Shown here: positions 1 through 13,277 of the stretch, piece by piece
Numbering within the stretch: the stretch's first letter is position 1
Layout of the letters: each line of letters opens with the position of its first letter
Source: Nemertoderma westbladi
Lineage: Eukaryota; Animalia; Xenacoelomorpha
NCBI GenBank assembly: GCA_032718475.1
Contig: JAUCBJ010006468.1
Coordinates: 1-64,000 of the forward strand
Direction: 5' to 3'
Length of the DNA: 64,000 bases
Notes under the pieces: model-generated
The model's input: the letters and a program-made list of their open reading frames with translations, nothing else
Database searches by the model: none
What the model was told of the DNA's origin: nothing
Translations under genes and position numbers: made by a program

Positions 1-880
1 CGGCCCCTTCCTAGTTTAATTCCTAGTTTATTGAAACGCGCACGTTATTCTTCTGCTGAAGTACAACCATCGACGTCCTTTCATTCACTAGCAGAGATTG
101 AACCCACAGATAATCCACAGTGTCTTTACCAAGACACCGTTGCCGTGTTTGTTACAAAAATGACAAAAAACGGAAACTAACTCGTTATTATTGCACGGAT
201 TGTCCGACGAAACCGTCTTTATGCAATGGTTGTGCATGTGCAGCCACTTGACACAAGGAGTTTGTTAATTAGTTACGAAATTATACTGTTCATTCGTAAT
301 GATTTGTATATATATAATATATACATATATGCAGTTATATAATAATAGTAATTTATATTATATAATAATGATACTATACCGATGCATGGTAATAATAAAA
401 AGTATTATATTTACATTTTAATAATATTTGCATGAAAATTACATATACATATATAATATATATATAAATATATATATGCATTGGCCGATAAGGGCCAGTG
501 CGAATATATAACTTTTGAGCATACCCAACAAACTTGCTTAGAAGTAAATGAAATACTAATATGATCCACTAGGGGGCTCTAATTAACAAGTTTATGAGGT
601 ATGGCCCTTCCAGAACTTTTTTCCTTCTAAAATATATTTTGAAATAGCAATAAATACCACGATGTTCCAGGCAGTGGTGGAATAAAATAATTGACAAATT
701 GGCCCTAATTATAGAGTTTTCCTTAAAAAAATATAATATAGGTAGAATATAGACGCCAAAACAAGGAAAAGTGGCGAGAAACAGAAGTGCAAAAATGCAG
801 AATCTGATAATTTCATATGTTTCTACTCAACGAATTTTCCTGAAATAAATTTAACTGCAATAATTATTGATTCATGAATA

Positions 881-1140
881 ATTATTATAACTTTTGTTGG
901 GCACAGCTTAGTAAAGTCGAGAATGACGTCCAGGTGGGATCGAAGTGGTGACCTCCGGTTTGGCGCTCTTACCATTCCGCTAGCGGCTCAGGCAAAAGTT
1001 AGACCTTGAAATACTACCTAATATACCTAGCTCCCATCTGTCCAACCATAACTGCAGCCACTATATTCAATTCTTTGTTATTATGTACTTCGCCGTCTCT
1101 TGTACTTCTCTAAGCTGTGCCAAACGAAAGGTTTAATAAT
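881..1140. mobile_element. Small MITE-like element with ~35-bp imperfect TIRs enclosing a tRNA-like core
   Basis: attattataacttttgttgggcacagcttag at 881 is the imperfect reverse complement of ctaagctgtgccaaacgaaaggtttaataat ending 1140. The minus strand of ~925-989 reads gagccgctagcggaatggtaagagcg...acttcgatccc (A/B-box-like). Confidence 0.5.
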
Positions 1141-1720
1141 TTGCACAAATACAACATACACATGAATAATTATGGAAACTTGATTCATTTAGCGGCCACA
1201 GTTTAACAAAACATAGTTGGAAACCGAAAAAACAAGGAAATATACTTTAGGATTACAATGTTGCATGCTATTTAAGGTATGTATGGTATGGTATATATCT
1301 ATGCTATGGCATGCTATCGTCCGGCCCTTAGTCTTAGAGCATGCTACAGATTATGTTTGGTTTGCTGATATAAGATGTATGCTATGCATGCTATGATAAC
1401 TAACTGTAGATGTTATGTTAGGTATGTATCCTAACATTTCACGACTACTAGAAGCGATATTCTAGCGACAGGAATATAATCCATTAGCAATTAGTATTGA
1501 AAACTATTCCCGAATACAAATTCAGTATGTGCTACATTATTATAGCCATTATTTATGTGCCTCTATAAATTTCATTATTATTCTATATCTATAATATTGT
1601 TATGTTCTATATTTGTCATTGTCTCGACCAGCAGAATTATTATATAGTTATGCATTATGGTATGTTATGTTATGTATGTATGCTATGGTATTATACTATG
1701 CTATCATTATGGTATGATAC

Positions 1721-3678
1721 GATATGATATGATATGATATGATATGATATGATATGATATGATATGATATGATATGATATGATATGATATGATATGATAT
1801 GATATGATATGATATGATATGATATGATATGATATGATATGATATGATATGATATGATATGATATGATATGATATGATATGATATGATATGATATGATAT
1901 GATATGATATGATATGATATGATATGATATGATATGATATGATATGATATGATATGATATGATATGATATGATATGATATGATATGATATGATATGATAT
2001 GATATGATATGATATGATATGATATGATATGATATGATATGATATGATATGATATGATATGATATGATATGATATGATATGATATGATATGATATGATAT
2101 GATATGATATGATATGATATGATATGATATGATATGATATGATATGATATGATATGATATGATATGATATGATATGATATGATATGATATGATATGATAT
2201 GATATGATATGATATGATATGATATGATATGATATGATATGATATGATATGATATGATATGATATGATATGATATGATATGATATGATATGATATGATAT
2301 GATATGATATGATATGATATGATATGATATGATATGATATGATATGATATGATATGATATGATATGATATGATATGATATGATATGATATGATATGATAT
2401 GATATGATATGATATGATATGATATGATATGATATGATATGATATGATATGATATGATATGATATGATATGATATGATATGATATGATATGATATGATAT
2501 GATATGATATGATATGATATGATATGATATGATATGATATGATATGATATGATATGATATGATATGATATGATATGATATGATATGATATGATATGATAT
2601 GATATGATATGATATGATATGATATGATATGATATGATATGATATGATATGATATGATATGATATGATATGATATGATATGATATGATATGATATGATAT
2701 GATATGATATGATATGATATGATATGATATGATATGATATGATATGATATGATATGATATGATATGATATGATATGATATGATATGATATGATATGATAT
2801 GATATGATATGATATGATATGATATGATATGATATGATATGATATGATATGATATGATATGATATGATATGATATGATATGATATGATATGATATGATAT
2901 GATATGATATGATATGATATGATATGATATGATATGATATGATATGATATGATATGATATGATATGATATGATATGATATGATATGATATGATATGATAT
3001 GATATGATATGATATGATATGATATGATATGATATGATATGATATGATATGATATGATATGATATGATATGATATGATATGATATGATATGATATGATAT
3101 GATATGATATGATATGATATGATATGATATGATATGATATGATATGATATGATATGATATGATATGATATGATATGATATGATATGATATGATATGATAT
3201 GATATGATATGATATGATATGATATGATATGATATGATATGATATGATATGATATGATATGATATGATATGATATGATATGATATGATATGATATGATAT
3301 GATATGATATGATATGATATGATATGATATGATATGATATGATATGATATGATATGATATGATATGATATGATATGATATGATATGATATGATATGATAT
3401 GATATGATATGATATGATATGATATGATATGATATGATATGATATGATATGATATGATATGATATGATATGATATGATATGATATGATATGATATGATAT
3501 GATATGATATGATATGATATGATATGATATGATATGATATGATGATATGATATGATATGATATGATATGATATGATATGATATGATATGATATGATATGA
3601 TATGATATGATATGATATGATATGATATGATATGATATGATATGATATGATATGATATGATATGATATGATATGATAT
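1721..3678. repeat. (GATAT)n pentanucleotide microsatellite, ~390 units
   Basis: Directly visible, near-perfect, one 3-nt slip at ~3541. The 688-aa and 662-aa ISYHI ORFs are artefacts of it. Confidence 0.99.
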
Positions 3679-4769
3679 TGAAGGACCCAGACCATTTAAA
3701 TGGCCCTTAGGAACAGTGTCTACTGAGGGCCATTTTACATTTAAGTGGCTCCAATAAGACATTGTCTTGAATGGGCCTCTTTAACTTTTTACCCTTTTTA
3801 CACCTTTAACCCTATTCATACTGGAAATAATAATAAAAATTAACTCTTATTATTGTGCTTAAATTCACATTTTTAGGTTTTCTGGGGCGCTGATTATATA
3901 AGGGAAATATTCCAATTTCTTGGGAAGTTTTTTTATTAAAATTTTGTTATTAGTTTTGTATTAATTTTGCACACACCTCCGAAAAATACAATTTGAAATG
4001 TCTAAAGCCGTTTTTATTTATTCCAATGAATTCAGAACCAACGTAAAACACATGTAATGCGAGAAACAAGATGTAGAAATCAATCCATCTAGGGCCATTT
4101 TACATTTAAGTGGCTCAAATGAGACATTGTCTTAAATGGGCCACTTCCTTATAAATGACCTTTACGAACATTGTCTACTGAGGGCCATTTTACATTTAAG
4201 TGGCTCAAATTTTTTGATTTGAATAAAACGCAAGTGTTTACTTCTGTTTGAAGTGAACACTTCATAATACACAAGTATGATCAAAAGGTTAATTTTAAAG
4301 CAAAATTCGCATATAAATTTGAAATCTGTGGGGTGTACATTTTCCACTTAACTCATGTCACGGTTGGGGAATTGGGTTGAAATTTTATGAACGTGGTCAG
4401 TAGGACGTAGGCAGGGACTCTATCACACTACAGGCGTCACTTTTCATATGGAAAGCATACAGCGTTATTTTAGTTGGCTGTCTTGGGTTTCTTAAATTAA
4501 AGCAGTAATTTAACCCTAACCCTAACTGCGTTTATTAAATTCATATAAACCACCTGGCTTTGCATATTGAACGTGCGATTGGAAATAAGTTCGTGCTACC
4601 CTTCCGTGGGTGGTAGATGTCGCGGTTATGTATTGGTGGGTGGGAAGGGGGGGGGGGGGATTAAAAGGGGTGAACACGTACTGTCCCCCTTTCTTTATTT
4701 GATTGGTGGTGTGGGTAAATTTCTCAAATACTGATTTTGTGATACAGTCGCTCAATTTTAATTTGTATC

Positions 4770-5090
4770 TCATAACTGGGCCTCGTGCTGCGCGAAGGCC
4801 CCACGAACGTGTTTTTACCGTAATCAATTTAATTAATAATTAACTAATTAACTGCTATTATCTTAGCTTCTTGAAGGCCACACGAAAATTCAACTTGGAA
4901 AATTTCTAAACTTTTGCCAAACAACATGTGTACCAAGTTTGGATAGATTTCATCGAAGATTGGCCGCATTATTAACGTTTAAATTTGAACACTGCAAAAA
5001 AAGCGACAGAACGACAGAACGACAGAACGACAGGTTGATTAATGGTACCACTACGCTAAGGCTCACTCACTTCGTGGCTCGCCCCACACA
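4770..5090 (+). repeat. Non-autonomous interspersed repeat (Helentron/DINE-like architecture)
   Basis: Internal (GACAGAAC)n tract and GC-rich 3' end ...gctcgccccaca. A related inverted copy lies at ~6513-6622 + 26063-26105, split by element A. Shared segments also occur at ~26445 and ~28208. Confidence 0.4.
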
Positions 5091-5116
5091 TTTGTGAGGA
5101 CTTCGCGCACCACGAG

Positions 5117-5897
<781 letters not shown>

Positions 5898-6052
5898 ACG
5901 AGGCTCAGTTATGTTTATATGAATATATTAAACGCAGTACTCGCCTTCATTATAAGCCTCGGTGTGCTCGTCCTGTTTTGTATTTAAATATATTCCCTGA
6001 ACGCAGGCTGACGATCTTTATATCTACCGATGCGTTCAATAGGCAAAGCCAG

Positions 6053-6250
6053 TGTTCGCGCTTTTAGACCTTTAACAGTTTAACCTGTTAATTGATGTAT
6101 CTTATATTATTTCGCTACCCTGCACTAAAATCTAACTATTGATAAAAGATAGTCTTGCATGGCGTATGACCCACCGTGTGTGGGAGAATGGGTTCTATCG
6201 GCATAAAAAGTAGGTTACTTTATATTATTCGATTGATTTCTACTATTTAC
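6053..6250. mobile_element. Diverged fragment of an element-B family LTR
   Basis: Starts tgttcgcgcttttagacctttaacagtttaacctg, matching 7053 and 20367, then decays. Confidence 0.6.
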
Positions 6251-7052
6251 ACCATGGTGTGGGGTATCTTAGGCCAATTTCAAAATTTAAGATGCTAATA
6301 ATTTCTGTACTACGTTGGTTGTGTTTGAGATCAATATCTTAAAGTTGGGTCTGTATTAGATCTACATATCTGTCAACAGGGGAGACTACACGGTTTACCG
6401 AATCCGATATATTGCAGAACAACATGATGGCCTAAGTGAAAATGTCAAGTGGGGTAACTTATGCCACTTGTGGTTTTGCTTCCATATATTTACTGTGTCA
6501 GAGTGGCTTAAGTTGTGGGGCGAGCGACAAAAGTAAGCGAGATTAGCATACGAGTACCACTAACTCAATCGGTGTGTCTGTTGTTCTGTTATCTTTTGTG
6601 TTCAATTTTAAACGTTAATAACTGTAAGCGGATTCAATTCCACTTCATTACCCACCAGAAAATGGGACTAGTGGTATTTTAGCAATATGTCTGGGATGCG
6701 AGATTACCAATATCAATCTCGTATCATAACCAACATTGGGGGGGGGGGGGGGGGGCGACACAAGCCCCAAAGCCACAGAGAAAGGTTAGAGGTCAAACCA
6801 CCTCGGAGGGAACACAGCTAGTAGAGGCTAGCAGCGGAGGGGAAACACTCCCAGAGAGTGCCAAGGTGACAAGTAGTATATTAGCCAATAGAGGGGAGGG
6901 AAGCACATGATAGGGAACAGGGAAGCATCCATTGGGTAAAAGGCCAAAGTAGAGTAAGAGGTGAAGCAATATTCAATGTATTAATCATATATTATCTCAG
7001 ATTGTTGGATTGGTGTTTCAGTTGTGTTATTCAGTTTAGTTCGGGCAGACCG

Positions 7053-8157
7053 TGTTCGTGCTTTTAGACCTTTAGCAGTTTAACCTGCCAATTTAAATGT
7101 CTTTTTAATTATGAATCGACTTTAGCCCTTACCAATTACCTGGTGTACTGAAGTTACATCCACTGAGGCCAGTCCGTGCACGGCATATGACCCACGGTGT
7201 GGGAGACTGGATTCGGGTTCCCTAGGAAGTTAATGCGATGTAGGCTACTTTGTATTATTCGATTGATCGCTACTATATAATCTCTGACAACTATATTTAC
7301 TTTCGGGGAAATATTAACAGTTCCTTTAGGACGTGGCACTTTAAGTATAAAACAGAGTTATGACTTACACTAATCACAACTAGATGGCCACGGAGTTTCG
7401 TAAATAGCGCATTCTTTAGGAGATGCTTTATTAACCTTCATACGACTTCACACTACTTCACACTAATTTACACTAATTCACACTAATTTGCCGACAGTCA
7501 CTGATTTTGATCATATATAAGGAGGATTGCAACTGACACACGTAGGGATTATGAAATAGCATTTAATTCACACAAAACCACTATAATTTGAGTCACAGTT
7601 TCTACAGGTAGACCCTTCCTCCGCTTACCTCAGTAATCAAGAAAATTGAGGGGTTTACGATTATTAATCGGTATTCTCCAAATATAACATCCATCAATAT
7701 AAACAGCAATTAACACAATATAAAACAGCATTAAATGGTGCGGTGAACAGTCAGTATGTGTTCATGAAGTTCAGTATGATAAGTCAAATGACAAGTTTAT
7801 GACCAGTATAGTATGAATTGTTAATAGATTTACGTTCTTATAACTAAGGCAATCAGATGTTCTTCGGCCAAAGTCTGAAACGACCGTACTCAGTACAGCA
7901 TTCTGAGAGGAATCTAATTCTCAGAAAAAACGATAACTAATGCGCATGCGCCAGTTTACACACGTATGTCTCTACTGGCATAACTGAGAAGATTGCTCTA
8001 ACAAAGGAATCTCCATGTACACAAAGAATCAGCTGACAGATTTCGTCATCTTGGTTCTAATTTCTGTCCGACGCGTAGTTGAACAATTTTAGAGCTATTT
8101 TAGAGTATTCCGCGCATTGCGTAAAAATGACTTGTTATGTCCGCAAAAGCTTTTACA
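7053..8157 (-). repeat. 3' LTR of element B
   Basis: Direct repeat of 20367-21483; tgttcg...ttttaca. Confidence 0.93.
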
Positions 8158-8702
8158 CCGATCCCAGAAAATGGGATTTAAGTCTATAAAATATAAAAAA
8201 TCGCAGTTTCTAAAATATAAAAATACTCTAAACTATCAGTCCTTCTTTCGCGAATGGCGTTTACGAAGTTTTTTGAGACTAGTAAGAGTCCGTTTCTCTT
8301 TGGGGCGAGCCACTTTACTAGGAGGGCTATAACTCCTGGGGGAAGGGTGCAATACGATTGCATCAGAAGGTTTTGGATTATGGTCAGTTTATCCGCCAGT
8401 CGAGGTACCCGGTTGGTCGATGTCGACATCGGGGGAATAAGAGCGAACAACCTTTAGAGCTCGTTTCAGGACGGCAGCTCTTACTGGTCCTTGATGGGTC
8501 GTTTGCACAGCAGCGGTAGGTTGACCGTGTGTATTGAGAAATTTCCTCGGTTTGATTGTACTCTCTAATTCACGTTCTCTGGCTTTATATTCATATGGTC
8601 GTCTATGAACTTCTTGTTACTCAGGATGTGAGTTTATGAACAAGTCAACTTATTCTTTATTCTTTGAACAATACATATAAATTCCAATGGACTAATCGAG
8701 TT

Positions 8703-9282
8703 TGTGACGGGATCGGTCGACCCCGATTTATCCGGTTTGGTTGTTTGCTTACGTGTCCCCGCCGTGTGTAAAAGGAGTTATTGTAGTTCTCCCGATGTTG
8801 TTAATAATATATGTCGGTACGTATATGATAATATGAGATAACTGAGTTAGCACAATTGATGATGGTAATAGGCCTAAGTATACAGCAGTACTGATGGATG
8901 ATGGTGGCGACGCCGTTAACAAAGTCACCGCTCTGCCCTGACTGCACTGAGATAACTGAAGTGAATGAATAGCACGACTGGTAATATATTGCACGGTTGG
9001 CCATGTTGCTCTACTCAGTCGATGCTTCCCCCCTATTGGCTAATGACTCACTTCTCACCCTCCTATTTCCCTGGGTGTGTTTCCCCCTGCTGCTGTTACT
9101 CTCTCTCTCTCAGGGGTGTAACCCCTGACCCCTATTGTGCGTGTGTTCTCTGGGGCCTATTGTCCCCATTTACTGGGGTGACACGAGGTTGATTGGTAAT
9201 CAACCTCGTGCTCCCAATATTGCTTAAGGCGCTCTTTCCCACTTTATGGGGGTTTGGTGAGGCGGAATTGAATCCGCTCACA
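8703..9282 (-). mobile_element. Solo LTR related to the element-A family, inserted in an accessory ORF of B
   Basis: Termini tgtgacgggatc...gaatccgctcaca match the A-type LTR ends. TSD GAGTT at 8698-8702 and 9283-9287. Confidence 0.85.
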
Positions 9283-9799
9283 GAGTTTTAATAAATCCAT
9301 CGAGATTATATGGATGTATTATGTCCTTTTCTATTCTTGAAACATTATAAGGTTTTCTTAATGAGTTTACTTTAACCAATTGATCTAAATGTTTTTGTAG
9401 TTGTTTGAGTTCAACCAAATCAAGGGGATTTATTAATGGTAGAAACTTTAAACTGTGTGTAGGATCTTCTGGTTTCACCATATAATATTGAGTTAAATGG
9501 ACATAATAGGGGTGATCTTTGATCCTGTAAAATGAGTTCGGTAAAGGTCTAGCGCATAGGTTAACTTCGTGTACCATTCGATGAACAAGATCCGCTCGAT
9601 TGTCCGGAGGTTCAACGAGTATACCGTCGACACGAGCAGCCTCGATTGGCGGACGTTGTAACATAGGAGCGTCAGCGATAAGGTCTCTAGATCTTAAGTT
9701 GATATCAAACGGTTGAGGTTGTGCTGTCACGAAAAGTTTATCTCCGAAATGGGGAACCATCGAAGGATGAATGATAGTTTTGGAATGGAGATCAGTCAT
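9278..9799 (-). CDS. Element B accessory ORF 3, unknown function, truncated by solo LTR
   Basis: 173-aa ORF whose stop lies inside the solo LTR end. Removing the LTR extends it by RLVHWNLYVLFKE*. Its ATG overlaps the upstream stop (ATGA). Confidence 0.6.
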   Translation of the reverse strand: MTDLHSKTIIHPSMVPHFGDKLFVTAQPQPFDINLRSRDLIADAPMLQRPPIEAARVDGILVEPPDNRADLVHRMVHEVNLCARPLPNSFYRIKDHPYYVHLTQYYMVKPEDPTHSLKFLPLINPLDLVELKQLQKHLDQLVKVNSLRKPYNVSRIEKDIIHPYNLDGFIKTL

Positions 9800-10380
9800 A
9801 AGTATTTGAGCTTCCGGTGGGGTAAAGCTGCTTCTTCTCTCTCATCCATTTCGATATGCTTCTCCTCGAGCTGATTCTCCTCCGCTTGTCGTTGAAAGCG
9901 TTCGTCTAAGAACTCTTGTAGAGAGTATGTACATCCAAGTTCGATATCTTCCTCAAGATTCTTGATTTCTCGAACGAACTGGGGTAAAGCTAATTCTTTT
10001 ACCGCTTGGACTTGTTGTTGCAATTTACGTTTGTCTAAACAATCGTATATTCCCTTTCCAATCTTTTGCCGAATAGCGTCTAGCGCGTTTCGTATAACGC
10101 TTTCCTCCACCTCGGTGACAGGTTGTATCGGAGTTAAACCAGGATGATTATACGGGTTGAACGGCGATATTAGATGTCCGCGTCCCATTCTGGCTAGGTA
10201 GGATGGGCGAATGTCTAGAGAGCCCACAACCGGAGTGCCGCCGACTAATTGTTCGGGTAACACTAGGTCTTTGAACAATGAGTACAACTCAGGAGGATCG
10301 GTCACACTATTAGGATCAAGAGTCTGAGGTCGCACCAGGGAATGAGGAGGACTGACCGAGTATTCCGGAACTCTGATCAT
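9796..10380 (-). CDS. Element B accessory ORF 2, unknown function
   Basis: 194-aa ATG ORF with Pro-rich N-terminus and charged helical C-terminus, same sense as gag-pol. Confidence 0.6.
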   Translation of the reverse strand: MIRVPEYSVSPPHSLVRPQTLDPNSVTDPPELYSLFKDLVLPEQLVGGTPVVGSLDIRPSYLARMGRGHLISPFNPYNHPGLTPIQPVTEVEESVIRNALDAIRQKIGKGIYDCLDKRKLQQQVQAVKELALPQFVREIKNLEEDIELGCTYSLQEFLDERFQRQAEENQLEEKHIEMDEREEAALPHRKLKYL

Positions 10381-10384
10381 AGGT

Positions 10385-11229
10385 TTACTTAAGGATCGTT
10401 TGAGTTGAGCGAGCGTAGTGGTACGTCGAACAAGTATCGCTCAAAACTCCCATAAGTATGGCGAGTAAAACTGTGTTTAGCGCAACGTCTCCGCGGATGT
10501 TTATGTCTTTCCGTTTGTTGATTAGGTCTAGGGCATTCATCGCAGTAATACCAAAGACGCGCATCTTGTAAGGGAAACGTTGGTGATCTTTCTCCAGTTT
10601 TACAATATTCCTCCATCTGTTCGAAGCTATCCGGTACAACAGGTAGCGGTCGATCGGCGGTAAGATACATCCTAGTAAAATAGACTCGTTTGAGTTCTAT
10701 CATAGGGTTATGATGTATACCTTGAGGATATCGAGTTTCTAGATTTTGTTGACTAGCTACATTGAGATAAGTTTCTCTCAAGAATTCTAAATATTCGTTG
10801 AAGTCACTACTCGTTCACTATTCTTTGAAGTTTATCCGGTTCTTCAACATCTTCTCTTTCGAGTCGGTTTCGAATAGAATTTTCATGTTCAATTCTCAGT
10901 TTATCATTCCAACTTCGCTGGGTATGATATTTAAATAGAATCATTTCCCTTTTGGTGTCTACATCGTCCGTATCGTGTAAATCAATACGATGACCAGTAG
11001 TTAAGAAGTCCATATACGTACCATTACGATGCGTATAGCGAGTGGTGAATTTTCTATAATCCAATTCACGCTTGAGCTGTTCCTTTGACATTGGCGGTTC
11101 GATATAACGGCCATCGTCTTCCGTCGTGTGTTGACTAGCGTCGCTGCTTATCAAACTATCCACAAATGCTTGCAGTGGTAGGGTATATCGCTCCCTGATA
11201 CCAAGATCATCTTCTATCAACTCAGTCAT
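10385..11229 (-). pseudogene. Element B accessory ORF 1, probably frameshifted (fragments 10807-11229, 10389-10781, 10385-10639)
   Basis: Consecutive minus-strand ORF pieces in three frames with protein-like composition. Confidence 0.5.
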
Positions 11230-11870
11230 AGCTGCTATATGAGTTTATCGATATTATAATTAATAATAATAAGGCTAGCGGGCGTCGCTGCTTTCCCCTC
11301 TATGCCCCCGGACAGCCCTGAGATCCTCAGCGCTGATGTACTGTCGTCGCTGTGCCCCTCGCCAACGTAGTAGCCACACAACAACAACAATAACCAGCGC
11401 GAGTCACTCCACTGTCCGTCCCAAGGGCTTGAATATACTGGACGTACTTTCTACAGATGCAGGGTAACTTTCACAACTGCGACTCGCTACTGTAAACACA
11501 CTTTAGTAGCAAAATTCACCTATAAATACACAAATTCCACATTCCTGCCACAATTTGTACAAATTAGTGTCAAAGGACAATGTAGCATTGGTTAATCTCC
11601 CTCCGACACGTATTAACCCATCTATCATTGTGCTAGAGAAACAATCCCTTAAGCGCATCTGTGGATTTCTTAACAACAGGAAATACTTATCGGAATCCTC
11701 GTAACATTGCAGGAGTCTCAGTATCTGCTTGTTGGTATCATCATGTTCTTGGTAACTGATCTTCTCAGTCAGAAACTTATCAGACAGCCGATAAGTGGGA
11801 AGGTCTTTTGTAGCATGGACCCTTTCAGCTACTACTGAAGTGGCATCATATGCGATCTTCGCCCTGGAAT

Positions 11871-13277
11871 ACTACTAGGATCGGCATGCTGCATTGCAGC
11901 TGCATTTTTAAGAATGCTGTGCCGGCTTGTCAACAAAATTGCACCGCCACAACTCCCTATCACCCATGACATTTGCTAGATCATCCGCATCTTTAAGGCC
12001 AGTGTCCTTTAAGATGCATCTCAAGAAAGTCATGGGCTGTCCACCATGCTTATTCACTCCATGAGGCTGCCAAAGTACAAGATTATGCACTGGCTGGTCC
12101 TCACGGCGAAAGCAATGTCCTTCAAAGCGGAGGCGATTTTGTTCTAGTGTCAAGCTTGGGGGAACCAATGAGACACCTCCAATGTTATATAGTGTCTGGT
12201 TGGAGATGTGTGCATTGTACTTGACACAATGTACCCGGCGTAGCATTCTTGTGAATGTGCCATCCAGAGATTTGGTTTCCTCAGCAGTTAGAGCCCAGCA
12301 TGGACTCCCGTAGAGGAGTACTGGAACTACTGCTGCTCTAAATAATCGGACCTTAAGTTTCCGATTAATTCTAGGTGACTTCCAAATCCTGGAAAGCCTA
12401 TTCAAGGCTGCCCATGCCTTTCCCTTACGTATTCGAAGGTCCTCACCTGACTTCCGGACCCATGATCCCAGGTAATAGAAGTCGTCCACATGCTCAAGCT
12501 TACCATCCTTTGAGCTTATGCTCATCCGATCAGAGACTTGCTGAGGACTTTCAAAGTTAACTGTCAGAATTTTGGTCTTTCTGGAGTTAATAAAAAGACC
12601 AACACTAGAAGCAGCATGTTCTAATGAGCTGAGGAGCCGCTGGGCTCCCTCTAATGATTCTGAGAGTACTCCTAAGTCATCAGCAAAGTCTAGATCAGTT
12701 AGGTACTTGGCAGGATTTCCTCGACTTCTGGAGCCAGTAGGTGGAGTTATCATCACCCCATCATCATTATGATGATCTAAGAACATGCGTAGAACATAGT
12801 CAACCACAATAATGAACAAGAATGGTGCAAGTCTGTCTCCTTGGAGGACGCCCCATAACACTTCAAATGGTTCTGTGTCACCGTCAACAGTAGACACAAA
12901 TGTTGTCGAACCATCGTATACTGATCTGATTGCTGCAATAATTTCATCAGGAATCCCATATAATGAAAGTATGCTGAACATACGTGAGCGAGAGACTGAA
13001 TCAAAGGCCTTGAAGAAGTCAACAAAGATAACAGCCAGATGCCTGTCTTTCTTTTTTGATAACTCTTCAATTATCCTTCTAAGTGCCAAAATGGGCTCCA
13101 TGGTCCCACGACCTTTACGGAACCCATTCTGATTTCCACGTAGCAGTCTCTCAATGGGATCCCTGATGCGATTTAATAGAATTCTATTGTATAGTTTTGC
13201 AGCAATCGAGATCAATGAGATACCTCGAAAAGAACCATAGAGTGTTAGGTTGCCCTTCTTGGGAACTGGCACCAACT
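11871..13277 (-). mobile_element. 5'-truncated RTE-clade non-LTR retrotransposon (RT domain)
   Basis: ORF 11908-13320 has LINE RT motifs FRGISLIS, QNGFR, FVDFFKAFDSV, GVLQGD, LDFADD, YLGS and an RTE-type C-terminus LRFEGHCFR. Short (TAG)n 3' tail near 11871-11879. Confidence 0.92.

Noticed and set aside
1696-3762. 688-aa and 662-aa ISYHI-repeat ORFs
   Set aside because: Stop-free translation of the (ATATC)n microsatellite.
4511-4526. TAACCC telomeric repeat
   Set aside because: Under three units; too short to call an interstitial telomere.
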